DNA from: Octopus bimaculoides | Taxonomy: Eukaryota | Reading direction: 5' to 3' | DNA length: 39,194 nucleotides | NCBI RefSeq assembly: GCF_001194135.2 | Contig: NC_069002.1 | Coordinates: 4,144,090 to 4,183,283, forward strand | Shown here: positions 11,100-22,382 of the stretch, in pieces | How the letters are laid out: the number at the start of each line of letters is the position of its first letter | Position numbering within the stretch: the stretch's first letter is position 1 | Notes under the pieces: generated by a model | The model's database searches: none | What the model was told of the DNA's origin: nothing | What the model saw: the letters and a program-made list of their open reading frames with translations, nothing else | Program-made: the position numbers and the translations under genes

Positions 11100-11489
11100 N
11101 NNNNNNNNNNNNNNNNNNNNNNNNNNNNNNNNNNNNNNNNNNNNNNNNNNNNNNNNNNNNNNNNNNNNNNNNNNNNNNNNNNNNNNNNNNNNNNNNNNNN
11201 NNNNNNNNNNNNNNNNNNNNNNNNNNNNNNNNNNNNNNNNNNNNNNNNNNNNNNNNNNNNNNNNNNNNNNNNNNNNNNNNNNNNNNNNNNNNNNNNNNNN
11301 NNNNNNNNNNNNNNNNNNNNNNNNNNNNNNNNNNNNNNNNNNNNNNNNNNNNNNNNNNNNNNNNNNNNNNNNNNNNNNNNNNNNNNNNNNNNNNNNNNNN
11401 NNNNNNNNNNNNNNTTGAGTTTTGTAGAAGTAGGACTGATTTATTGCAGGTAAATTTTAACAACAGAATCTTATATGGGCTCTCCCACT

Positions 11490-11521
11490 AAGGGCCATGT
11501 GGACCCTGGTTGAGAACCCCT
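11490..11521 (-). mobile_element. Possible hAT (Charlie-like) terminus remnant
   Basis: Reverse complement AGGGGTTCTCAACCAGGGTCC resembles CAGGGGTTCTCAA termini; single end only. Confidence 0.35.
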
Positions 11522-11584
11522 ATTTTACAACAATTAGAAAAAAAATTTTTTAAAAGACAGAAAAAGCAGAAGGAAACTACCTCA

Positions 11585-11765
11585 GTGAGTCTGTGTTGCT
11601 TGACTTGCTAGAAATAGAATAAAATTTTTTTTTTTTTTTTTAAATGAACACTCTATACTCGATAACACAGTCCTCAATATACAGAATGACATGATGATCA
11701 TGGTTGGAATGCCTCTGATCAGAGGTCTACTCAATCAGAGATGACCTGGGGCTAAACCACCACTA
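11585..11765 (+). mobile_element. Dispersed repeat family D (CTAGAAATAGCAGCCAAATCTCC..GATGGTCATGGCTGGAATGCC..GACCTGGGGCTAAAC)
   Basis: Related copies at about 13835-13930, 14695-14770, 16236-16400, 23280-23430, 28515-28712, 34755-34890 and 35985-36150 (-); class not determined. Confidence 0.65.
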
Positions 11766-12012
11766 TTACAACACCACCATCACCAACAACAAACACCATG
11801 ACCCTTATCACTCCTACAGTAGCTCCCTAAAATGACAATATTAGGGAGCTAGAGCAGCTCCCAAATATGACAACAATGCCAGGGGCAACCCCTTATATAA
11901 CGACAACAATACCAAGTGTAACCTTAATGTAACAACAATAATACCAAAAGTGACACTAACACAGCAACAATATTGTTCAGAATAACCCCTAATATAACAA
12001 TGAGGTTCTTAC

Positions 12013-12195
12013 CATTTATATCGTAGCCTGAGGATGTAGTCCCTGTTTCACCCATAGCCTTCCTCCTGAGTCACTTTGTTGGTTACTTAACGAGCATGGA
12101 TTGGATTTTTTAAAAAGATACCAGTGCCACCAGAGTGTGGCAGTGCTGCTACTGCGCGGCACGGCGCCGCAATAAACTTGTCTCTCAATCTTAGC
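12013..12195 (-). other. Unique island ending in an ATG|GTAAGA donor; exon candidate
   Basis: CpG-containing non-repeat sequence; strong donor at 12012; each frame has a stop somewhere, so the coding part would be short (e.g. GETGTTSSGYDIN) or it is non-coding. Confidence 0.25.
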
Positions 12196-12253
12196 TAGAT
12201 ATGAGTCACAGTATGTGGTTATATACGTATGTGTGTCCATGCACGTGTGTGTA

Positions 12254-12288
<35 letters not shown>

Positions 12289-12599
12289 ATGTGTTTTCTG
12301 TGGATAGAAGAAACAATGAGAGAGAGGGGGGAGTGAGAAACAAAGAGGAGAGGAAAGAAGAAGAAAAAAAATATATTGCTTGCAAAGGAGCGTTGTTGTC
12401 CAGACAATTGATAGGAAATGCTAATGGAATAAACGACACTATGGTGGGAGATAGAGAAAGAGAGAGAGAGAGAGGAAAAGAAACAAGAGAAGAACACACA
12501 CACACATACACACACACGGAGTGGATCTTCAATTGATTGGATGTGAGTGTTCGCAAGAATTGTAAATATAACGCCTTGGTAACCACTGGTCTGCGAGAT

Positions 12600-12695
12600 A
12601 TATATACATACATACGTACATATATATATATATATTCCTACACACAACATATATTGATATACATATATACATTTATGCATGTGTAAGCCTGTATT

Positions 12696-12728
<33 letters not shown>

Positions 12729-13107
12729 GCATGCATGCTTGTGCACAGATTCACGCAGTAATAGATATATTACACACATATACAGATACATATGACCATA
12801 CTATTTCATATACATGTGCGTTGCAAGCCTGTCTATACACACACACACATGCACAGATTGACACAGTAATACAGATATAGATATCACACACACACACACA
12901 CTTGTGTATCCATACATTTTCATACATACATGTGTGTGTGGAAGTCTGTCTATACACCTACACGTTTACACATATACATACACAGATTGACAATAATACA
13001 CACACACACACACACACACACACCCATACATTTTCATATGTATACATGTGTATGTGTGCAAGCTTGTCTATATACACACACACATACAGATCAACACAGT
13101 AATACAA

Positions 13108-13155
<48 letters not shown>

Positions 13156-13196
13156 ATCTCACATGTATATATATTAACACATACATGTATATACAT
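12600..13196. repeat. Compound CA/TA/CATA microsatellite field
   Basis: Directly visible. Confidence 0.9.
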
Positions 13197-13637
13197 NNNN
13201 NNNNNNNNNNNNNNNNNNNNNNNNNNNNNNNNNNNNNNNNNNNNNNNNNNNNNNNNNNNNNNNNNNNNNNNNNNNNNNNNNNNNNNNNNNNNNNNNNNNN
13301 NNNNNNNNNNNNNNNNNNNNNNNNNNNNNNNNNNNNNNNNNNNNNNNNNNNNNNNNNNNNNNNNNNNNNNNNNNNNNNNNNNNNNNNNNNNNNNNNNNNN
13401 NNNNNNNNNNNNNNNNNNNNNNNNNNNNNNNNNNNNNNNNNNNNNNNNNNNNNNNNNGGTGCCTCCCCCCCCACAATCCTCATCATCCTGACCATCCCCC
13501 CACTCCCCTCTCCCCAATCCACGTTTTCCTTTTAATTGATTCACACAACCAGAAAATCACAATAACAAGGATGAGCGGGGGTGGGTGGGGTGGTGGTGAT
13601 GATGAACTGGGAACACAAACATTTACAGGAACATTAG

Positions 13638-13668
<31 letters not shown>

Positions 13669-13700
13669 AGCAACAACTGTAACAACAAAAACAACAAGAA

Positions 13701-13799
13701 CAAGTCCTGGGGTCGATTTCTTTGACTAAAACCCTTTAAGGCAGTGCTCCAGTTTGGCAGCAGTCAATTGACTGAAACAAGTGAAAGAATAAAAGAATA
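13701..13799 (+). mobile_element. SINE family B 3' end
   Basis: AAGTCCTGGGGTCGATT..GTGCTCCAG..TGACTGAAACAAGTGAAAGAATAAAAGAATA. Confidence 0.8.
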
Positions 13800-13930
13800 G
13801 GATTGCTGTAATTGTTATTGTTACAACAGCCGCCACGTGGTCATGCAATCTGCTAGAAATAGCAACCAAATCTCCCTTGATATATCTTACAACATTGAAA
13901 AGTGAAGGACACAGGAAATAATGTAGTCGG

Positions 13931-14083
13931 TAGGGGGAGGGGGCCAGTCGATTAGATCAACCCAAGTACACAACTGCTACTTAATTTATTGACTCCGGAA
14001 GGATGAAACACAAAGTCAACCTCGGCGGAATTTGAACTCCGGACATGAAGACAGACGAAATAGCACTAAACATTTCACCCGCC
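13931..14083 (-). mobile_element. SINE family A, head partly deleted
   Basis: AAAGTCAACCTCGGCGGAATTTGAACTCC..GACAGACGAAATAGC. Confidence 0.8.
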
Positions 14084-14600
14084 TTATTATTACTATTATT
14101 ATTATTATTATTATGGCTGGGTTCCAATGTGGGCTGCAGCAACAAAGTCCACTTCTCGGTCCATCATCACTGCCTCAAGGTCCTGGATACATTCCAAGCC
14201 AGTGTCTGCGATCGTATTGTTGATGTAAGTGTGATGAGGTTTTCCTCTTCTTACATCACCATGAACTGGGGTTCCACAAGACTAATTTGGATGCTTCCAG
14301 ATCAGGGTGGCGCACACAATGATCAAATAGTTGCCACCGTCTTTGCTTGACCTTCTCACTAACTGTCGGCAGGTCCCCATAAAGGCATTCGTTTGTCATA
14401 TGTTGCTGCCATTTCACATTTAGGGCCATTCGTAGCATCCTTGTGCAGCATCCATTTAGCCTGTTTGATAATTTCCTTGTCAGTGTCCATGTTTCACTGC
14501 CATATAACAACAGGTTCCACAGTCTGTTTTGTCTTTGTTTCTACAGCTGGATACCGTTCCAAGCGCCAAACACTTTACTGAGTGTACCATGTGCTTTTCA
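14084..14600 (-). mobile_element. RTE-clade LINE 3' end (5'-truncated, frameshifted) with (TAA)n tail
   Basis: LYGSETWTLTRKLSNRLNGCCTRMLRMALNVKWQQHMTNECLYGDLPTVSEKVKQRRWQLFDHC..LVLWNP, then in a shifted frame HGDVRRGKPHHTYI..DTGL..MMDR, stop and TAA repeats. Confidence 0.9.
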
Positions 14601-15004
14601 TGTGGAACTTTTTACATGGTATCAGCACCAGTGATTTTTATGTAGGACAAAAACCAGTGCTTTTTTCCTTACATGCACCAGCATGCTTTTGAAAAATAGA
14701 CAGGATGGTCACAGTTGGAATATTTTTGATTTGCTTGATCAAGGCGGTCCCAGGGTTAATAACAGCAACACAAACAACTAAAATGAGAACACAAACAAAC
14801 AACAACAACAAAGAAATAATCAGATAAGGAAAGATCAATTATTGTATTGGTATTGAATGTGTAAGTAAGTAGATTTATTGATTACGTTGGATGATGCGAA
14901 CACAAATTTGGGAGTTGGGGAGAGGAGAAGAAAAATCGATGCATCATAAATCTTGGATAGAGCTAATATTTGGTCAGATTCCTCTCATCCTCATCCTGCA
15001 GATC

Positions 15005-15690
15005 ACCATCATTATCATCGTCATTATCACTAACAATATAACAACAAGAACATCAATATAAACATTATCATTACCATCAACATTATCGTTATTCTAACTA
15101 GAATCATCACCAACAAGATCAACATTATCATTATCACCACAACTATCGAATTCACCACCAACATCATTGCAACTGAGACCAACATTATTAACACCAATAA
15201 ACATTATCATTGTCATCAACATTATCATTACTTTGACTGGAATCATCACCAGCAAGATCAACATTATTGTTATTACCATTAAGGTTACTATCTGCATCGT
15301 TGCAATCAAAACCAACATTATTACCATGGTCAATGTTATAATCAACACCAACAACATTATCATTACCACAACTATAAGAATCACCAGCAAGATCAACAAT
15401 ATTATTATCACCATAACCATTAAGGTCACCATCAACATCACTATCAAGACCAATATTATTAATCATGGCCAACACCATTATCAACACCAATAAACATTAT
15501 CAGTACCATTACTATAATAATCACCAGTGAGATCAACATTACCATTATCACCATAACCAATCAGGCACCAACAACAGTGTCACAATCAAGACCAACATTA
15601 TCACACCACCACCAGTATCACTGGCAAACATTATCACCACCAACATAAACATTATCACTATTACCAACATAAACATTATTCTCACCATCA
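15005..15690. repeat. ATC/ACC/AAC-based satellite with about 135-140 bp higher-order period
   Basis: ATCACCARCAAGATCAACA landmark recurs at 15115, 15254, 15389 and 15529. Confidence 0.8.
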
Positions 15691-15696
15691 ACAAAA

Positions 15697-15862
15697 CCCT
15701 TGAGCAAAACCCTTCATTTCACATTGCTCCAGTCTGCTCAGCTGACAAAAATGGGTAATCCTGCAAGGGACTGGCATCCCATCCAGGTTGTGAATGTGTA
15801 TATGCCATGGAAACTAGGGAACCAGCCCTTATGAGTCGATATGGCTTGAGAAGGTAACTTTA
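15697..15862 (+). mobile_element. SINE family C body fragment
   Basis: CTTGAGCAAAAC..TTCATTTCACATTGCTCCAGTC..GAGAAGGTAACTTTA, shared with 19334-19600. Confidence 0.75.
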
Positions 15863-16452
15863 CCCATTGAACTTCTACTAGGTTCATCCGTCCTTTTGAC
15901 AAGTATTGCTTTTAGTCCTGTGGGGTTTCTAGCAACCTTCCTCACCAGGTAAGCCTGGTGGGGAGTGATGGATTAGTCACCAACAATCTGACCATGAAAC
16001 TGGTTGTACTGAATTCTGTATTCCCAGTAGCACTCATGAAAGACTTTACAAGGGATCTGACCGGCCATTATCACCACCACTCTACATTAATCATCAACAT
16101 TATCATCAATAACATCAACAATATTTAGTGGTACACTAAACCTAGCACCCAGTTTAACATCACCACCTGGCCCTTGGGTACAGCCTTTAGCAAGCATTTG
16201 GGTCAGATCACTGGTCTAAGGAGACGAGTTCTGCTAAAAACAGCAACCAAATTTCTTCAAATCACACCCTACCATCTTAAAAAAAAAAAAAAGGACACAT
16301 TGGATGATACCAGTTTCTGACATAAAGACAGGAGCATCACAGATGGAATGTCAGATCACAGGTCACCTGCTTCAGCACTCACCTAGTGCTAAACAACAAT
16401 GCTGATTTCTGACTTTGGGTTGAGGCCACAAATTCTTACACTTTTAACTCTA

Positions 16453-16503
16453 GGTCACTGATGAGTCAGCAGACGTATGATGAAATTCATTCCAGTCTTG
16501 ACC
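16453..16503 (+). ncRNA. Decayed type I hammerhead ribozyme motif
   Basis: GGUCA-CUGAUGA-GUCA-GCAGACGUA-UGAU-GAAA-UUCAUUCCA-GUC-U-UGACC; stems I and II present, stem III weak, one extra U after the cleavage triplet. Confidence 0.45.
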
Positions 16504-16639
16504 ATGTGGCCATCTCATGACTGGCAGCTAATCAACACCTAAAACAGTTATCCTTTCACACATGACTGTCATTTTGGTAAGTAGCCTTGCATTGAATGCT
16601 GTGTTGACGGGAAGACATGGAAGCCTGTGTGTGTGTGTG

Positions 16640-16835
16640 CGAGTACCTTGTGATTACATCCTTAAGAAGAAATAACTTGGTTAGCAATAGGAAGGACATT
16701 CAGTCACAGACATCATGCCAAATCAGACTGGAACCTGGTGCAGGTCTTTTGGTTTCTGGCTCTGGTCAAACCGTCCAACCCATGTCAGCATGAAAAATGG
16801 ACGTTAAAGGATGATGATAATGACGATGATGATAA
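16640..16835 (-). mobile_element. Dispersed repeat family F (ATCATC..TTAACGTCC..CATGCTGRCATGGGTTGGACGGTTTGAC)
   Basis: Same motif on + strand at 25783-25990, 30665-30810 and, degenerate, at 21765-21860. Confidence 0.75.
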
Positions 16836-16939
16836 TAAAACCAATAAAATATGTACAATGTAACTTCATTATCCTCATCGGCCCCTGGACTTCACTGTCT
16901 TGAGTTCTTAGACTTGAAAAGCTGGTTAGTTGGTTTGCT

Positions 16940-17100
16940 TGGCATATACGAGCGACCAAGATCACAACATCCCCGCTGAACGAGACACCTGTTCATCTCA
17001 GGGCTACATATCTACAGTTGAGTGGAACTGGAGCAACATGAAATGAAGTGACTTGCTCAAGAATGCAATGCACTGCCTGGTCTTCGGATTGAAACCATGA
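16940..17100 (-). mobile_element. SINE family C-related fragment
   Basis: GAACTGGAGCAACATGAAATGAAGTGACTTGCTCAAGAA is the reverse complement of the family C body. Confidence 0.65.
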
Positions 17101-17305
17101 CAGAATCATTAGCACAGCGAGCAAAATGCTTAGCAACATTTTGTCTACCTTTATGCTATCAGTTCAAATCCCGCCAAGGTTGACTTTACCTTTCATCCTA
17201 TTGGGGGTTGATGAAATAAGTACCAGTTATGCACTGGGGTCAATGTAATCAACTTATCCCCTCCCTGCCTTGAGCCAAATCTTGAAATTATCATTATTAT
17301 TATTA
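17101..17305 (+). mobile_element. SINE family A copy
   Basis: CAGAATCATTAGCAC..AGTTCAAATCCCGCCAAGGTTGACTTTACCTTTCATCC..ATT tail. Confidence 0.8.
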
Positions 17306-18157
17306 GTAGTAGTCGTAGGAGTCACAGTGGTAAGAACAAGAAAAAAAAACAGTTCTTTAATTGTCTCAAGGTTATAAAGAAAAAAAAAATAAAGAAACTC
17401 CCCCTCCCCAACCAAAAATAATAAAACATGTAATAAATAAATCTATATTGTATTAATATAGTTTTGTTTGTTTTTTTATGTTTGGAGATAATTGCATCAC
17501 CAGCACCCCCCACCCTCCCCTCCGCACCATCCACCATTCTCTCTGTTTTGTTTCATTTTCTATTCATCACTTATTATAAACACTCTCGCACTCTACAGCT
17601 CATCAATATCTCTCACACGCACACACACACACACGCTACCATTTTTACACACACACACACNNNNNNNNNNNNNNNNNNNNNNNNNNNNNNNNNNNNNNNN
17701 NNNNNNNNNNNNNNNNNNNNNNNNNNNNNNNNNNNNNNNNNNNNNNNNNNNNNNNNNNNNNNNNNNNNNNNNNNNNNNNNNNNNNNNNNNNNNNNNNNNN
17801 NNNNNNNNNNNNNNNNNNNNNNNNNNNNNNNNNNNNNNNNNNNNNNNNNNNNNNNNNNNNNNNNNNNNNNNNNNNNNNNNNNNNNNNNNNNNNNNNNNNN
17901 NNNNNNNNNNNNNNNNNNNNNNNNNNNNNNNNNNNNNNNNNNNNNNNNNNNNNNNNNNNNNNNNNNNNNNNNNNNNNNNNNNNNNNNNNNNNNNNNNNNN
18001 NNNNNNNNNNNNNNNNNNNNNNNNNNNNNNNNNNNNNNNNNNNNNNNNNNNNNNNNNNNNNNNNNNNNNNNNNNNNNNNNNNNNNNNNNNNNNNNNNNNN
18101 NNNNNNNNNNNNNNNNNNNNNNNNNNNNNNNNNNNNNNNNNNNNNNNNNNNNNNNNN

Positions 18158-18195
<38 letters not shown>

Positions 18196-18294
18196 GTATG
18201 CATGTGTGTATATTTACATATACACATACGCGCAGATATCTACTACACAAATATTTATATGTGCATCTGTGTGCACATATTAACATTTACATGC

Positions 18295-18392
<98 letters not shown>

Positions 18393-18908
18393 ATATATAT
18401 ATATANNNNNNNNNNNNNNNNNNNNNNNNNNNNNNNNNNNNNNNNNNNNNNNNNNNNNNNNNNNNNNNNNNNNNNNNNNNNNNNNNNNNNNNNNNNNNNN
18501 NNNNNNNNNNNNNNNNNNNNNNNNNNNNNNNNNNNNNNNNNNNNNNNNNNNNNNNNNNNNNNNNNNNNNNNNNNNNNNNNNNNNNNNNNNNNNNNNNNNN
18601 NNNNNNNNNNNNNNNNNNNNNNNNNNNNNNNNNNNNNNNNNNNNNNNNNNNNNNNNNNNNNNNNNNNNNNNNNNNNNNNNNNNNNNNNNNNNNNNNNNNN
18701 NNNNNNNTTCTCTCTGCTTTTGCCACCTATTGTTCATGTAACTTAGTCTCTGGAGGCTTGTTAAGTGGTGATGGTCATGGTCGTGCTGGGAGGCGGTGGC
18801 GGTTGTTCCAGGCAAAGGAGCTTACCAACTGTTTGTTTGTCTATCTCTCTGTTTCTCTCTCTTTTGCCTATACATTTCTTTAACTCTCCATATAAACGTG
18901 TATATTAA

Positions 18909-18958
<50 letters not shown>

Positions 18959-19191
18959 TATATGTGTGTGTGTATATATACATATAGATGTATATGCATT
19001 TGTATGTATGTGTATTCCGGTGGGTGACAAGTTCAAAAGACGCTATATCCGGCCACTTAGAATAAAAAAAAAAACTGAAACATAATTCATTCTGAGAGTG
19101 AATAAAATATTTAATCCATAAGAGTCAATCCAACAAAGTATATTTTGTCGGACTAATGATTATGGATTAAACATAATAAGTATATGTGTGT

Positions 19192-19600
19192 GAAGGCACG
19201 TGCTCTAGTGGTTAGAGTGTTGCACTCACAGTTGCTAGACTGTGGGTTCAAATCCTGGACCAGGCGGTGCTTTGTGTTCTTCAACAAAACACTTCATTTC
19301 AAGTTGATGTTGTCCACTCAACTGTAAGTGGGGAAGGCACATGGCTTAGTGGTTAGGGTGTTGGACTCATGATCGTAAGATTGTAGTTTCAATTCCTGGA
19401 CTGGGTGATGTTCTTGAGCAAAACACTTCATTTCACATTGCTTCAGTCCACTCAGCTGGCAAAAATGAATAATTCTGCAACAGACTGGCACCCTGTCCAG
19501 GTGGGGGAGTATATATCATAAAGAAAAGAGATTGCGAATATATAATATATTTGTGTGGGGGCCCTTATGAATTGGTATGACTCGAGAAGGTAACTTTACA
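19192..19600 (+). mobile_element. Two tandem SINE family C copies (head 19192-19325; fuller copy 19334-19600)
   Basis: GAAGGCACRTGGCTYAGTGGTTAG heads with GGGTTCAAATCC and GTTTCAATTCC B-box-like motifs. Confidence 0.8.
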
Positions 19601-19719
19601 TTCACCTAACTTTACTTAGCTGTAAATTGGTAACCCTATGATGGAATAGCCTTCTGACCAGGGGAAATATTGGCTTGCTTACCTAGCCAGTGGAGTGACA
19701 TTATCCAAAAGCTAAAACA

Positions 19720-19960
19720 ACAATGAATGACCATGGGGATTGCACCTAGAATGTTCCCCTCCGAGGCACAAGTCTGGGCAAGGTTGTTTATGGAAGACCA
19801 GCAGTCACCCCCATGTATACCAGCCTCCCTTCTCTATGCTACCGGTGTTATCCAGAGCAAAGGTTGAGACAGCTTAGCACCAATGACACTGTAACTCATT
19901 TCTCCAGCTGAATGAACTGGAACAACATGAAATAAAGTGTCTTGCTCAAGAACACAACAT
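19720..19960 (-). mobile_element. SINE fragment, family C-related, inverted relative to 19334-19600
   Basis: GAACTGGAACAACATGAAATAAAGTGTCTTGCTCAAGAACACAAC. Confidence 0.65.
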
Positions 19961-22347
19961 AATTGACTGCAGTATTTGACTGGTACTTTATTTCGTCGAC
20001 CCTTGGAGGGATGGAAAGGAAAAAATTAGTTCAAATGTTGTACTATCTATACTATGCCAATTGCCTACCCGGATCCATGAAGACAAATACACACAAACAC
20101 ACACATGCACTAGGTGACATACACACATGCACTAGGTGACATACACCAGTTCACATACACACACATGCATCAGCTCACATACACATGCACACACCAGCTT
20201 GCATATACACACACATACACCAGCTCACATACGCACACATTTACATACACATCCACACAAATATACAGACACACTCTCTCATAGACAGGCTCTCTCTTAC
20301 TCCTACATAAACCTCATACAGTTTCTCATACATAAGACATAATCTACAAAGGTAACTTGATAGATTCTCATTAAAGTTTAACAAGTGTTTTACTTAATCG
20401 GATGTTGAGTTAATATAAAAACAAAAACCCTCATAACATATTGATACAAGCAGATTGCACATACAATAAGCATAAGTACAAAACACACATATAGATATAT
20501 TGTATTACACTGTGCATGTATTATATAAAGATAGGTAGAAGTACAATATAGTTTGTTATAGGCAATACATTGTAATTGAGTTTCATACTTAAGTAAATAA
20601 TAAATTAAGCAATTTTCAGACAAGCAAAACTGGATTATTCAAAGTATATGAAGTTTCCAGTAGATGCAAGGTGGTACAGAAGCAATATAATGGGCATAGC
20701 TTCCGACATGAAATTGAGTTGCTTCCCTTCGGTGATGGGAGAATAGAGAAAATACGAAAAGGATAATGGTTAAGAGAGAAAGAATAGAAAAGAGAGGGAG
20801 AAGCAAAATAAGTTTTAAAAAAAAAGGAAAATATAAAAAAAATAATTAGGTGTATGTATATTTATGTGTGTGCGTGTGTATATATATATATATAAATTAT
20901 AAATATTATTACGATTGAATAGTATTTTCCAGCAATAAGCACTGTAAAGATTGAATTATAATCATGAAATAGTGGCACAACAAGGCACCAATGTTTGCTG
21001 GAAATAGCAGTTGATAAATATATAAACACTATTTCCAGCAAACATTGGTGCATTATTGTGCCACTATTTCACACACACACACACACACACACATATGTAT
21101 GTATGCATGCATGTACGAATGTATGCATGTACGTATGTATGTACATATGTATGTGATGCATGTATATGTCTAATTTGCACCAGTCTCTGTTACGCTTACA
21201 TTTTATTTATACAACTGATTAACATTATCCCATTACAGTATGAAAAGGTCGCAGTTTTAATGAATCTGAAGTAAAATCGCTGTCGCCTTTTAAAATAATA
21301 ATCGTTTAATTACTTCATGTACCGAGCTCTTTATTTAGTTAACACTGTTAGTGTGTACTTTTAATTACACACACACACTCTGGTACACTCACACACAGAG
21401 ACATGTGCACAACTGTGTATGTTTTACATCCAATTCTTTCTGATTTAAGTAGGATGGTTTATTTGATGAACCAATTGTGTTGACAACTGGATCGCTTAGA
21501 GGGTCTCTTTCCTTATTATTGGCCAACGAAATAGGGCAATTAAAACAAATGTAGGGAGTGGTAGAGACTAATGTTTCATAACATGTTTTGTCCTTTGTTT
21601 GTTGTTGTTGTTGTTGGCCATTAAGGTAGATTGGACAAAGAAGAACGAAGTGATTTGTTGATCTCTACTCATCACTGTATGGTCAGTTGTCCAGCAACTT
21701 AACCTCAGTCATAGCCCAAACACACACACGTTTGTGTGTGTGTGTGATTGTGTGTCAATGATTGAAGGTCCTTTTCCCATACTGGCATGGATTGTATGAC
21801 ACTTTATCAGGCCTTGTATTACAGTTGGATTCCCTTCATAAAACCCAACTATTTTAGGTACCTCGTCCTTCTCACAGGACCATACTGTACCTTGTTTAGC
21901 CTTTGTGATACCAACTCCCCTGGGACCATTCTGCCAGATACTTTTCTAGAAACTTCATGTTTTAAAGTGATCTAAATTAAAAACTTCCATTAAAATTTTA
22001 TGCTAATTTGTGTCCCAAACACCAGCTTAATGACAAAAGTTAGTTCACTGAATTCCCTGTTATTTTTGAAGATAATTGCAACAAAACTGAAATATAGACA
22101 TGCGGAGTTCTCAATCTGATTCAATCAACTCTATTCAACCTAAACAATTAGGGAACAATGGGCTTCAAAATGATAATGATGATGATGATGCGTGTGTATC
22201 ACACACACACAAGCTGTATTAATTATTAAGTACTTTGTTATAATTTATAATTGTGATAATGTATTTAAGTTTAATGAGATGTTATTAATTAAGCTTTTAA
22301 TTACCATGGATATGCTTTTGATCCTTATAAATCAACTGTCTGTGCAT

Positions 22348-22373
<26 letters not shown>

Positions 22374-22382
<9 letters not shown>

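Noticed and set aside
12013-12075. In-frame TGA (EEGYG*NRDYILRLRYK) as selenocysteine
   Set aside because: The same frame has a TAA 13 codons earlier, no selenoprotein similarity is recognised, and no SECIS is visible.
15965-16010. Hammerhead-like GUGAUGG..GUCA/UGAC..GAAACUGGUU
   Set aside because: The CUGANGA core is broken and there is no stem I; it could be a very old relic but is not supportable.
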